Source of the DNA: Octopus sinensis
Lineage: Eukaryota
Length of the DNA stretch: 64,000 bases
NCBI RefSeq assembly: GCF_006345805.1
Contig: NC_043017.1
Location: 8,928,001-8,992,000 of the forward strand
Direction of reading: 5' to 3'
Part shown: positions 1-12,579 of the stretch, piece by piece
How positions within the stretch are numbered: position 1 is the stretch's first letter
Layout: the number at the start of each line of letters is the position of its first letter
Notes under the pieces: model-generated
Database searches by the model: none
Told to the model about the DNA's origin: nothing
The model's input: only the letters and a program-made list of their open reading frames with translations
Position numbers and translations under genes: made by a program

Positions 1-37
1 GTTTGATTCTGTGTTTGACATGAATGCATTGTTAATA

Positions 38-388
38 GAGGTGTGGCTGCATGGTAAGAAGTTTGTGTCCTAACCACGTGATTCTGGGTTCAGTCCCACT
101 GTGTGACACCCTGGGCAAGTGTCTTCTACTATATCTCAACTCTGGGGCCAACCAAAACCTTTTGAGTGGCTTTGGTAGACAGGATGTGAAAGAAATCTGT
201 TGTGTGTGTGTGTGTGTGTGTTTGTCCCCCCCACCACCACCACCACCACTTGACAACTGGTATTGGTTTGTTTCTGTTCCCATAACCTAGCAGTCTGGCA
301 ATAAAGACCTGTAGAATAAGTACCAGGCTTTGAGAAAAGAAAAAAAACAAGTTCTGGGGTCAATTCATTTCACTAAAAATTCTTCAAA
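38..388 (+). mobile_element. tRNA-derived SINE, family A (CORE-like; many further copies in the window, e.g. 5130-5310, 5685-5845, 11595-11840, 11975-12260, 19610-19925, 36500-36800, 37320-37670)
   Basis: A-box-like TGGCTGCATGGTAAG, B-box-like GGGTTCAGTCCC, CORE-like CCCTGGGCAAGTGTCTT, internal (GT)n, and a 3' body shared with many copies in the window. Confidence 0.8.
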
Positions 389-399
389 CCTTGGATTGC

Positions 400-720
400 C
401 TTACTTAGATCTTCCATCACCTTGTCCTGCTTTGCTGAATGAATTCCAGCATATGAACACAATCAGAATGCCTTTTGTGTCCCTCCATACTGACTACAAC
501 TTCAGAGTCTCTGCTCCAGCTGGCCATGTCATATCTTACAGTCTTTGTATGCATTCACAGACCCTTGAACATCAGTCATGATGTCAGCATTTTGATACAC
601 TGCACAAATCATCATGATACAGGTCACTCTTTCCCAATATTCAGATGGCTTCCAGTCCCTCATGTCAGCAAACTTCTTCTCAACTACAACTTCTATCTTT
701 ATGCTCTCCAACGCTGTTGA
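400..720 (-). pseudogene. Tc1/mariner-superfamily (maT/DD37D-like) transposase N-terminal fragment
   Basis: Minus strand reads WKPSEYWERVTCIMMICAVYQNADIM... and RHSDCVHMLEFIQQ..QDKVMEDLSK. This aligns by eye with SDSTRTPKFIQEV*QNIEDNPRKSMR in the transposase fossil at 5845. Frameshifted. Confidence 0.6.
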
Positions 721-854
721 CTGTTCACCAAAACATCAAGTTATTCCTGAAAAAAAGGGGACATAAAAAAAATCATCAATTTTAGCCCAAACACCCTACA
801 TGATGCATCAAACTGTCTATTGTAAACATATTGGTATCAAATTTTGCACAAAGC

Positions 855-1027
855 CAGCAGTTTTGGGGAAAGGAGCAAGTTGATTACATCAACCCCGGTG
901 TTCATCTGGTACATATTTGATCAACCCCAAAAGGATGAAAGGCAATTTGAAATCAGAAGATTAAGACACGAAATGCTGCTTAAGCATTTTGTCTGGGGGG
1001 CTAGAAATTCTGCCAGCTTGCTGCCTT
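855..1027 (-). mobile_element. tRNA-derived SINE, family B (degenerate)
   Basis: Reverse complement of the family B head and body (see full copy at 26297-26525). Confidence 0.7.
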
Positions 1028-1100
1028 ATCTATTGAAAGCATATTGACACAGGTTTTTATATGGTGTCAGTTAGAAAAAAACTTAAGGTTTTTACAGTTA

Positions 1101-1321
1101 TTAACCCTTTCATTACCAACCTGGCTGAAACTGGCTTTGGCTCTGACTACAAATGTCATAAGTTTTTAATTAAAATCTTCCATCAAACCTTAGCCACAAT
1201 TTATCTTCCTAAAATGAGCTAAATGATAACTAAGTTATTTTACTAAATTCTTTGTTATATTTAAAATTAATTGAAACAAACACAGAGGATCTCAAAATAA
1301 ATACGGTAACGAAGGGGTTAA
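1101..1321. mobile_element. piggyBac-type MITE, family 1
   Basis: TTAA at both ends; imperfect 13-bp TIR CCCTTTCATTACC / GGTAACGAAGGGG; homologous copies at 46254 and 57676. Confidence 0.8.
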
Positions 1322-1370
1322 TCAAATGCAACACGCATTGCTGTCTCCTATAATAATTATTATATTTTGG

Positions 1371-2075
1371 TTTCATTCATTCATTCAGTTTTTATTGTGC
1401 CTTGTGGCACTTGTGGCAACAGCAAGACCATTCCACCTTCTAACACCGAAAGCATCCTTGACAGCTTGTTCCATTGTTAACCCTCTGCTTTTAAGATCTT
1501 TTGTTATTGTTCTCTGCCACATTTCTTTTGGTTCACCATTTCTTCTCTTACCTTGTGGAATCCATTGCAAAGCAATCCTGACAACTGAGCTCAGTTTATA
1601 GCGACAAACTCGACCCAGCCATTTCCTTCTACTTGCTTCAATAATTTCTATTATTGGTTTCACATTAGCCTTGGTGTGTAGTTGGCTATTCAAGATCATA
1701 TTCAGCCAGTAGACCTCACATTAGCCTTGGCTATTCAAGATCATATTCAGCCAGTAGACCTCACATTAGCCTTGGCTATTCAAGATCATATTCAGCCAGT
1801 AGACCTCACATTAGCCTTGGCTATTCAGATCATATTCAGCCAGTAGACCTCACATTAGCCTTGGCTATTCAAGATCATATTCAGCCAGTAGACCTCACAT
1901 TAGCCTTGGCTATTCAAGATCATATTCAGCCAGTAGACCTCACATTAGCCTTGGCTATTCAAGATCATATTCAGCCAGTAGACCTCACATTAGCCTTGGT
2001 GTGTAGTTGGCTATTCAAGATCATATTCAGCCAGTAGACCTTCAAAATTTTTTGTAAACATTTTGAAACACCTCC
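1371..2075 (-). mobile_element. RTE-like LINE, 3' fragment (ORF2 C-terminus with (TGAA)n tail)
   Basis: Minus frame KCLQKILKVYWLNMILNSQLHTKANVKPI...RRKWLGRVCR...ALQWIPQGKRRNGEPKEMW...; TTCATTCATTCATTCA tail at about 1373-1388. Confidence 0.8.
1661..2041. repeat. Minisatellite, 8 units (56 bp, six of 45/44 bp, 56 bp), inside the LINE fragment
   Basis: Units read directly: CACATTAGCCTTGG[TGTGTAGTTGG]CTATTCAAGATCATATTCAGCCAGTAGACCT. Confidence 0.95.
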
Positions 2076-2378
2076 GATTTCTTTTCAAGTTACAGAAACA
2101 ATAACAAGAAATAATGATATATTTCAGTTTACTGAAATATAATAATTATTATACAGATGAAATAAAATATATCAATTACGTTTGTATGAACAATTAACGA
2201 TTATTTGTTTACCATTCACTTTGACGTAGTTCATTTGGTTTCACTTTACCCACCATCTTACGGGTACAATGTTCAAAAGGTTGTTATTTACGCATGTCCT
2301 GTGCTTTCCTTTCTGACTATTATGAAATGTAATGTTCTGGGATACATATGCAACAAACCCTCCATAAACCATAAACCT

Positions 2379-2606
2379 TTAACCCTTTAGTTTTCAGATT
2401 ATTCTGTTAAATGTAATAATTTTTCACTCAAATTGTTTTGAATTAATCATGCATTATCTTCTAGCTTTGAGGTTTCAATGACGTTATTGTTTATTTTTAG
2501 AATGACATTGTAGGGTAGGTGTGAGAGGCTAGATATCGCCAGCTAGAATATAAAACATGTAGAATATCTGGGCCAGATATGGCTGGTTTAAACACTAAAG
2601 GGTTAA
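2379..2606. mobile_element. piggyBac-type MITE, family 2
   Basis: TTAA-CCCTTTAG ... CTAAAGGG-TTAA: perfect 8-bp TIR with TTAA target site. Confidence 0.8.
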
Positions 2607-3063
2607 ACAAATATTGCCCTTCCTAAAATTTAATGGTAGTCCCTTAAGTTTAAGAAAGATGGTTCTGCAATTTCTTGCAGCACATGATTTGTTTATTGTG
2701 ATCAAATGGATGTGTTGTACATTTGCTTGCTCCCTCTGTCAAACAGACCACTGGTTTCCAGCCATTTTTTATCTATGGACCCTTTTGTTTCCTGTTTACT
2801 CTCCTGGACCCTCATAGACACTTAATGTTTAAAATATCCTATTGTATTTTTGTAACTACATATCATTAGGAATTGTATAAAAAACAATTGTTATTATACT
2901 TTATGTATTGTTGAAGAATAACCAGTTTATTGCTGACAAACTTTAACAGCAAAATCTTACCTGGATACTTATTGATTTGGATACTTATTGATCAGACCAC
3001 GTATATGTATGTGTGTATGTGTGTGTGTGTGTGTGATATATACATATATGATATTTATATATA

Positions 3064-3590
3064 AAGATGGAAAGCCCTCGGCCCATCAGGAATCATTGGT
3101 GAGATGCATAAAATATCTGATGGTGTGGGTTTTGATCTAGTCACCTGTATTGAAAAGCAGGTGGTTCAAGAAGGAGTCATACCCAACGACTGGTGTCGCA
3201 GCACCATAGTCAACTGCTACAAAGGTAAAGGTGATGCCTAAGATAGAAATAATTACAGAAGTATCAGATTGTTGGATCAGCTGATGAAAATTGTGGAGAG
3301 AGTCATAGCCCAACTAATTTAGGGAGAGGGAGTTAGCCTGGATGAGATGCAGTTTGGTTTTGTGTCAGGGAGAAGCACCACTGATGCTATATTCCTGGTA
3401 AGACAGCTGCAGGAGAAATATATAGCCAAAGACAAACCTCTGTACTTGGCTTTTGTTGACTTGGAGAAAACCTTTTACAGGCTCCCCCCCCCCGATCCCG
3501 TATCTGGTGGTCAATGCTGAAACTAGGGATAGATGAGTGGTTGGTGAAAGCCGTACAAGTCATGTACAGGAATGCTATCAGTAAGGTGGG
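3064..3590 (+). mobile_element. RTE-clade LINE reverse-transcriptase fragment (disabled)
   Basis: GVIPNDWCRSTIVNCYKGKGDA*DRNNYRSIRLLDQLMKI...EMQFGFVSGRSTTDAIFLVRQLQEKYIAKDKPLYLAFVDLEK, with stops and frameshifts. Confidence 0.9.
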
Positions 3591-3864
3591 TGCAGAGAAA
3601 GAGTTTCATACTCCATAACACCCAACACCACAATAATAATAACAACAATAACAATGATAGTAATTATCATAGAATAAATAAATGATAATCGACAACAATG
3701 CAAATAATAATTTTTTCAATGGATTCAGCATGTTAATTGGATAATGTTAGTTAGTAGAAGAAAAAGACTGGTGGGGAGTGGTCTACCACTTTCGTACAGT
3801 TAACATTCTGGAGTGAATGGACAGATAATTTCAATTGGGCTTTGGAGTTGTGTCTGGTTACAAT

Positions 3865-4200
3865 GACACACAAGCACACACACATACACACACAGACACA
3901 CACACACATGTGCACACACATGCACACACAAACACACACACGCCCACACACATACACATGCACACACACATGCACACACAAACACATATGCACATACAAA
4001 CACACACACACGCACACACACATATACACATGTGTGGGTAATAATTTATATACTTGTGTTAGTGAGAGCACTTGTTATTTTTTTATGTGTGTGTGTATAT
4101 ATATATATATACACCTACACATACATACACACTCACATGCATGCATGCACACACACACACACATGCATACACATGAACACACACATGCACACTTGTATGA
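3865..4200. repeat. Degenerate (CA)n/(TA)n microsatellite
   Basis: Direct reading. Confidence 0.95.
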
Positions 4201-4659
4201 ATGTATAGTTTATTTAAGACGGTCCAGTGATTTGTCTCTTTGGGTTTGCACAGTGTGCACTGCTTCTGCAAACGTGTCAGAATGAACAAAAAGATCTTTC
4301 CACCCAGTTTGATTTGTCTAAAGAACCTGTGACACCCTGCAGAAACTCTTGAATCACAGGCCACTGCACTGGTTCATCCAAAAAGCTACCCTCAACGTTT
4401 GTGTTGAATGTGGAATAATATTCTACAGAATCTCTGAATCTCTACCCTGTAACATATATGGCATGTCTTCATTACCATCTTCCTTTTGTTCTTTTCCAAC
4501 AGGCATCTCTTCTACAGCAAGACACCTATTTTTTATCCCTCTATCATACTTTAAACCTCACATCACCCAGCACATCCTCAGTTGATGGGGTCTTTGTCTT
4601 GCAAGTCACATGGTAACCTCCCTAGTGCTGGTGCTAATACACAGTTATGAGGATAAGCA

Positions 4660-4922
4660 CAAAGACGCACACACAATCAGCTGTCCACAAGGGTGCCAAC
4701 ACATGCGAGACCAATAGGATCGCTGCTGCAGAAGTCTACAGACAAGCCAGGAAGAACAGAGCTAACAACCCTGTAGCAGGCGCTACCATTCCTTGTCCAC
4801 ACTGTTAAAGACTTTCGGGCGCAGATTGGCCTCACTAGCCATCTGCGGATTCACAAAACAAGTCTATCCCCACCACAGGATGACTAGATAGTCTTCGTCA
4901 CATCGACGGACAAGCAATCATC
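4660..4922 (+). mobile_element. RTE/BovB-like LINE 3' end with C-terminal C2H2 zinc-finger remnant
   Basis: TIPCPHC*R [frameshift] AQIGLTSHLRIHK, followed by a short 3' UTR ending near an ATC repeat. Confidence 0.7.
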
Positions 4923-4946
4923 AAAATCAAATATATATATATATCA

Positions 4947-4977
<31 letters not shown>

Positions 4978-4992
4978 CACATAGATACATAG

Positions 4993-4995
4993 ATA

Positions 4996-5054
<59 letters not shown>
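4993..5054. repeat. (GATA)n microsatellite
   Basis: Direct reading. Confidence 0.95.
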
Positions 5055-5055
<1 letters not shown>

Positions 5056-5844
5056 GTATATATATACATGCAGAGATACATACACACACACATGTATGTA
5101 TATATATATATATACATGATGAGCTTATACACAATTTCCATTGACCAAATTCATTCACAAGGCATTGGTTGGCGTAGGGCTATAGCAGTAGAAGACACTT
5201 GCCCAAGGTGCTGTACAGTGGGACTGAACCGGAAACCATACAATTACAAAGGGAAGCTTCTTAACTACACAGTGAAAACCAACCACAACTACACAACCAG
5301 CCATAAAGACTAGGCTTGTTTCCCTGGCACTTCATTTGTGTAGGAAAACCTAAAGGATCTTCTAATTATGGGTTTTCCAACCAGCATTTCATTTCTCTGT
5401 AGATGTCAACTGTCTCCACGTTCGTCCATATATTTATTTGTCTCTGTTATAAACGAACATTATATGTCTATCAATGACCATTTGAATGTTTAAACATAGA
5501 AGCAGAATCGTTGTATTGTTAAGCGTTTTACTTGTACTGTTTTGTATGTTCAGTTTTGCTGTTAGTTGTGTTTTTGGGTTATCTTATCCTTTCTCAATGT
5601 ATTCCAATGTCTTTGTGACAATTATCATATTGTTCTCATACATTCTTTGCAAACATCTCTTTACTTTTACTTGTTTGAGCCTTTTGGCTGTGGCCATTCT
5701 GGGGCACTGCCTTCACAAGTTTAGTCAAACAAATTAACTCCAGTGCTTATTCCTTCTTTTTTTTTTGTGTGTGAAAGTTTGGTAGTTATTCTATCAGCCT
5801 CTTTTACTGATTAAGTTACAGGGACATAAACAAACAAACACTCT

Positions 5845-6800
5845 GATTCTACCAGGACACCTAAATTTATTCAGGAAGTTTAGCAAAACATTGAAGACAA
5901 TCCAAGAAAATCAATGAGGTCAATTGCAAAAACATTTCATGTGTCAGAAAAAACAATCAGAAATGTTGTGCATGAAGATATCAGATACAAATCTTACGTG
6001 ATGAGGAGAGATAAATTCATATCAGAAAAACAAAAGGAAACCATTCATCAGATCCAAAAGACTTTGAACAAACTTAAAATCCATCAGAAGATGGTGTGAT
6101 TTGGTTTTTCTCAAATGAGAAAAACTATGACCAAGACCAGAAAACTAACAGATGAAAATGACAGATGGCTATGTGCAAACCCTTCTGAAGTTCCAAAGTA
6201 ATGCACACAAAATTTCCTGCAAATGTCATGGTGTTGGGAGTTGTTAGCAATGAAGGACATGTGATCCCACCTCACTTTTTACCACAAGGCCTTAGAATGA
6301 ATACTGCTGCATATATTGAGGTTCTGGATAAAGTTGTTAAGCCTTGGATCAACAGTGTATGTTTTTTCAACAAGATTCTGCACCATCACACAAGGCTCAA
6401 ATGACACAAGAAAGGATGGCTGACAATTGCACGATCACATGACCCCCAACATTTGGCCCCTAATTCTCCAGATCTCATTCACTGGACTACTATGTATGAA
6501 GCATCATCGAGAAAAATAATCAATGAACCCTCCATAGCACTAAAGATTCTTTGAAAGCTGCCATAGTTCAAGTCGTGTCTGATATGAACAAGGACCACTT
6601 AATCCGAGTTTGTTAACGATTTTGACCATGTGCAGAGGTAGTTATTGATGCTTATGATGGCTCTATTGGATGAAATTATTAAATTGATTATTTAGCTTTA
6701 TCTTTATGCTATTTTTATAAAAATACAATTTTTTTCTGTTATTATAGAAGCATTTTTTTAAAACCATAAATCTGTCCTCAAATACCAACTGCACCCTGTG
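5845..6800 (+). pseudogene. Tc1/mariner-superfamily (maT/DD37D-like) transposase fossil with right terminus
   Basis: MRSIAKTFHVSEKTIRNVVHED (HTH); WFFSNEKN; VMVLGVVSNEG; QDSAPSH...NSPDL..LDY catalytic motifs with frameshifts; ends in ...TGCACCCTGTGTA (TIR-like). Confidence 0.8.
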
Positions 6801-6819
6801 TATATATATATATATATAT

Positions 6820-9800
6820 CATCATCATCATCATCATCATTTAGCGTCCGTTTTCCATGCTAGCATGGGTTGGACGGTTCACTGGGGTCTGGGGAGCCCG
6901 AAGGCTGCACCAGGCCAGTCAGATCTGGCAGTGTTTCTACAGCTGGATGCCCTTCCTAACGCCACCCACTCCGAGAGTGTAGTGGGTGATTTTATGTGCC
7001 ACCGACACAGGTGCCAGACGAGGCTGGCGAACGGCCACCTCGGATGGTGTTTTTATGTGCCACCGGACACAGGTGCCAGATGAGGCTGGCAGGTGCCAGA
7101 CGAGGCTGGCAGACGGCCACGCTCGGATGGTGTTTTTATGTGCCACCCGACCAGGTGCCAGATGAGGCTGGCGCCGGCCACGATCGGATGGTGTTTGTTA
7201 CGTCCCCCAAGCACGGAGGCCAGTCTATGCGGTACTGGCTACGGCCACGTTCGGATGATTTTCTTGTGTGCCACCGGCACTGGTACCAAACAAAAAGATA
7301 CAAATTCCATTTATGTTCATCTATTTTGATTTGTTTTGACTTGATTTGATTTGATTTGATTTTCACTTGCCTCAACAGGTCTTCACAAGTGTCACAAGAA
7401 GGAAGGTATGCACAGGTGGACTGTCTACGTCGCCGGGTCTTCGGATGGTGTCTTTTATGTGCCACCGACACAGGTGCCAGATGTGGCTGGCGAACGGCCA
7501 CGATCGGATGGTTTTCTTGTGTGCCACCGTACTGGAACCACAAAGATACAAATTCCATTGATGTTCATCTATTTTGATTTGGTTTGATTTTCACTTGCCT
7601 CAACAGGTCTTCACAAGTGTCACGCGTGTCACACACTTGCCTCAACAGGTCTCCACAAGTGTTACACACTTGCCTCTGCCTCAACAGGTCTTCACAAGTG
7701 TCACACACTTGCCTCTGCCTCAACAGGTCTTCACAAGTGTCGTAAGAGGGAAGGTATGCACAGGTGGACTGACTACGTCGCCGGGTCTTTGGATGGTGTT
7801 TTTATGTGCCACCGACACAGGTGCCAGGTGAGGCTGGCGAACGGCCACAATCAGATGGTGTTTGTTGTGCCCACAGCACGGAGGCCAGTCGATGCGGTAC
7901 CAGCTACGGCCACGCTCGGATGGTTTTCTTGTGTGCCCCGGTACTGGAACCACAAAGATACAAATTCCATTGATATTCATCTATTTTGATTTGGTTTGAT
8001 TTTCACTTGCCTAACAGGTCTCACAAGGGTCACACACTTGCCCACAGGTCTCCACAAGGTCACACACTTGCCTCTGCCTCAACAGGTCTTCACAAGTGTC
8101 ACACACTTGCCTCAACAGGTCTTCACAAGTGTCATAAGAGGGAAGGTATGCACAGGTGGACTGACTACGTCGCCGGGTCTTCGGATGGTGTTTTTATGTG
8201 CCACCGGCACAGGTGCCAGATGAGGCTGGCGAACGGCCACGATCGGATGGTGTTTGTTGTGCCCACAGCACGGAGGCCAGTCGATGCGGTACTGGTTACG
8301 GCCACGTTGGGTGGTTTTCTTGTGTGCCACCGGCACTGGTACCACAGAGAATACAATTCCACTGATGTTCATCTATTTTGATTTGTTTTGATTTGATTTG
8401 ATTTGATTTTCACTTGCCTCAACAGGTCTTCATAAGTGTCACAAGAAGGAAGGTATGCACAGGACTGACTACGTCCCAGGTCGGGGCCACGGGTTATGGC
8501 CTGACTAGTCTTGCCGGGTCTTCTCATGCACAGCATACTTCCATAGGTCTCGGTCTCTAGACATTCCTTAGTGAGACCTAAAGTTCGAAGGTCGTGCTTC
8601 ACCACCTCGTCCGTTTTCCTGGGTCTACCTCTTCCACAGGTTCCCTCCACTGCTAGGGTGTAGCACTTTTGCACACAACTATCTTCAGCCTTTCTTGTCA
8701 CATGACCATACCAGCGCAGCCGTCTCTCTTGCACGCCACAACTGACGCTTCTTAGGTTCAGCTTTTCTCTCAAGGAACTTACACTCTGACGATTATGAAC
8801 ACTGACATTACACATCCATCGGAGCATACTGGCTTCATTTCTTGCGAGCTTACGCATATCCTCAGCAGTCACGGCCCATGTTTCACTACCATGTAGCATG
8901 GCTGTACGTACACATGCATCATACAGTCTGCCTTTTACTCTGAGCGAGAGGCCTTTTGTCACCAGCAGGGGTAAGAGCTCTCTAAACTTTGCCCAGGCTA
9001 TTCTTACTCTAGCAGTTACACTTTCAGCACACCCACCCCCACTACTGACTTGGTCTCCTAGGTAGCGGAAGCTATCAACTACTTCTAGTTTGTCTCCCTG
9101 GAACGTGGCAGAAGTTGGTCTCTGCATATTTCCAGTGTTTATTGCTCCTGAGCATTTGCCACAGACAAAAACTATTTTCCTAGTTAGCCTTCCTTTGACA
9201 TTGCTGCACCTCTTATGTGTCCATAGCTTACACTTGGTGCATCTTATAGAGTTTCTACCTACACCTTTTTACAGATCGAGCAGGGCCATCTACCTGAAGG
9301 CGTTTGTGATTGATCTACCTTCCTACTTATTAGAACTTTGGTTTTGGCTAGGTTGATTCTAAGGCCCTTCGATTCTAATCCTTGTTTCCACACCTGGAAC
9401 TTCTCCTCCAGTTCTGATAGTGACTCAGCAATTAGAGCAAGGTCATCAGCATAGAGGAGCTCCCAGGGGCAACCTGTCTTGAATTCCTCCGTTATTGCCT
9501 GGAGGACTATGATAAATAGGAGGGGACTGAGGACTGAACCTTGGGGACCCCAACCTCTACCCGGAATTCTTCACTGTACTCGTTGCCCACCCTCACCTTA
9601 CTAGCAGCATCTCTGTACATGGCTTGCACAGCTCTCACCAACCATTCTTCTATCCCTAGTTTCCTCATTGACCACCAGATAAGGGACCGGGGGACCCTGT
9701 CAAAGGCTTTCTCCAAGTCAACAAAAGCCAGGTACAAGGGCTTATCTTTGGCTAGGTATTTCTCCTGCAGCTGTCTTACCAGGAATATAGCATCAGTAGT

Positions 9801-10345
9801 ACTTTCCCTGGCACGAACCCAAACTGCATATCATCTAAGGTAACTCTCTCTCTAATTAGTTGGGCTACAACCCTCTCCGTAACCTTCATTACCTGATCCA
9901 GCAGCTTGATGCCCCTGTAGTTATTTGTCTCTAGGGCGTCGCCTTACCTTTGTAGCAGTTGACTATTATGCTGCTACACCAGTCATTGGGTATGACCCCC
10001 TCGTGTATCACCTGGTTAACTATACGGGTGACTAAGCTATAGCCGACACCACCAGATATTTTGAGCATCTCTGCAGTAATTCCTGATGGGCCTGGGGCTT
10101 CCCTGTTTTCATGCTTCTAATTGCCTTATCTACTAAGGAACTGTTAACTCGGATTGCTGGTCCCTCTGTTGGGTCGACATTCGGCAGACTCTCTTTATCC
10201 CATTCATTTTCCTCATTCAGCAACCTTTCATAGTGGCGTCTCCAAGCTTCTCTCTTTGCATCCTCATTTAACGCAAGTGAACCATCCTCCATGCGAACAC
10301 ATTTCTCTCCTACCACGTCACGATTCTCTCTCACACACTGTCTTG
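6820..10345 (-). mobile_element. 5'-truncated RTE-clade LINE (about 3.5 kb): RT domain, ORF2 C-terminus, repeat-expanded 3' UTR and (ATG)n tail
   Basis: YLAFVDLEKAFDRVP (ORF 9507-9737); YADD encoded at 9442-9453 on the minus strand; FRYLGDQV...LHGSETWAV...RLRWYGHV...GRGRPRKT (ORF 8369-9127); (CAT)n tail at about 6820-6840; frameshifted. Confidence 0.92.
7290..8460. repeat. Iterated 250-410 bp duplications of the RTE 3' UTR
   Basis: Anchor GATACAAATTCCATT...GTTCATCTATTTTG recurs at 7297, 7545, 7957 and about 8349. Confidence 0.9.
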
Positions 10346-10349
10346 CAAC

Positions 10350-10380
<31 letters not shown>

Positions 10381-11094
10381 TATACATACATATGTAAATA
10401 ACCTCTATCTATCTATCTGTATGTATATATTTATATATGTGTGTGTGTATAAATATAAGTATATCTATAAATATGTAGATATATGTATATGCATGTATGT
10501 ATACACACACACACATACACACACATGCATACACATATATACATGTATGTTTACATATATAATGTATATGTATATCTGATGAAACATGTATGTGTACATC
10601 ACACACAGGCACACACACACACACACACACATATATAATTTATCCAATGCTGTGATTTATGAAAGAGAAATAAAAAGATTTATATTTCCATAAAAACAAT
10701 TGACGCTAGCAAGCAGCTGCAGTTGTTATTTCTATACACACATCCATATACATACATGCATATATATACATATATATATACATATATGTACATGTGTGTG
10801 TATGTGTGTGTGTGGAGTTATGAAAATATTGTAAACTTTTACTAACAACTACAACAACAACAATAATAGTGTCACTGCAAACTGCCAGGAGAATATTTAT
10901 GAGATATGGAGTGTGGGAACGAAAGAACAGAACTGGTTTCTAACTCTTCTGATGTTACTGGATATTTTCTGGGTTTTGTACCCGTTTATTGTCTGCAATT
11001 TCATCCTCTCCTCCTCCGACGCCAACCATTTTCAAAGATGGTTTCTCTCTCGTTTAAAGTTACTTTTTGGTCAAAGTTCTATATTCTTTTGTTT

Positions 11095-11345
11095 CGTATT
11101 TTTCTATCATTCCTTCTTTCCTTCTTTCTTTCTTTCCTTCCTTCCTTCTTTCTTTCTTTCTTTCTTTCTTTCCTTCGTTCCCTTCTCTACCCTTTCATGG
11201 TATCCACCTCCTCCTTCCCTCCTCCTCTTCTTCAGTTTTCCTTCATTCACATTTACCCTTTCTTTCCTTCTTTCTTGCTCTTTATCTCTTTCTTTCCTTC
11301 TCTCTCGCTCTTTATCTCTTTCTTTCTGTCTTCTCCCTTTCTTCT
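11095..11345. repeat. (TTTC/TTCC)n polypyrimidine microsatellite
   Basis: Direct reading. Confidence 0.9.
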
Positions 11346-12371
11346 CTTACTTATATTCAATCCGTTTTAAACCACGGCCATACTGGAGCATGGACTTGGT
11401 CTATCGTTAATGTTTGTTTAGTTTTCATTTTTGAAAAATTCCGACTTCTTTTTTTGAAATATCAATTTCAGTTTTGGTTTATTCTTTCATAATTTTACTT
11501 GATTTTCAGTAATTTATTTTGCTTTTTGTTTTTTGTTTTTAAGGCCACCCACCTGGGGCACTCAAAGTGCTCAAAGTCATGTGTTAGGCACAAGCATGGC
11601 TGCGTGATTAAGAAGCTCATTTTGTCACCATGTAGTTTCGAGTTCGGTCCCACTGCATGGCACCTTGGGCAAGTGTCTTCTACTATAGCCTTGGGCTGAC
11701 CAAAAGCCTTGTGAGTGAATTTGGTAGACGGAAACTGAAAGAAGCCCATCACATTACGTGCACATATGTATGTGTCTTTGTGCCTGTATTTATTACCAGC
11801 CCTTTCCCTACTTGACAACTGGTGTTGGTTTGTTTATGAATGATGGCTGAATGTAGACAGTTGAGGAGTAGTATTGTCTGTCTTGGTCTGTGACCAAGCT
11901 GGAGCACCACCTTGAAGGATTTTCATTTAACAAATCAATTTCAATACTTTATTCTTTTATTCATTTATTCTTTTATTCTTTTACTTGTTTCAGTTATTTG
12001 ACTGCAGCCATGCTGGAGCACCACCTTAAACGGTTTTAGTTGAAAAAATTGACCCCAGGACTTGGTTTTTAAGTTCTGTATTTATTCTATCTGTCTTTTT
12101 TTGCTGAACCACTAAGTTATGGGGGACATAAACACACTAACACCGGTTGTCAAGCAGTTATGAGGGGACAAACATAGACCCAAAGACACACACACATAGA
12201 TACATACATATATATATATATATATACGATAATCCTCTATCAGCTTTCATCTACCAACTCCACTCATGAGGCTATAGTACAGGTTCATTATTATACAGTT
12301 GGAAAGTGTACTGAAGACATAAGTGTACCTTGGATAAACCAGAATTGATAGAATAAAGATGAAAGAGAAAG

Positions 12372-12409
<38 letters not shown>

Positions 12410-12579
12410 TAACAACACTAAACATATGCGTTCACAAAGAAGGCTATACAAATAGATATACCGTGTTTCAGTTCTACAATAATAAGCATGTTATACATGC
12501 ATATATACATAGATACATACATATAACTACATACCTACATCATTTGCAGGCATACATTCATATATGTTACACATACATA

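Noticed and set aside
1661-2041. CRISPR-like appearance of the 45-bp array
   Set aside because: No unique spacers, no cas genes, eukaryotic context; the units derive from LINE coding sequence
8369-9127. 252-aa ORF as a host gene or active RT
   Set aside because: C-terminal part of a 5'-truncated, frameshifted RTE LINE with no endonuclease domain
10906-11492. Three overlapping Phe/Leu/Ser-rich ORFs
   Set aside because: (TTTC)n microsatellite lacking stop codons
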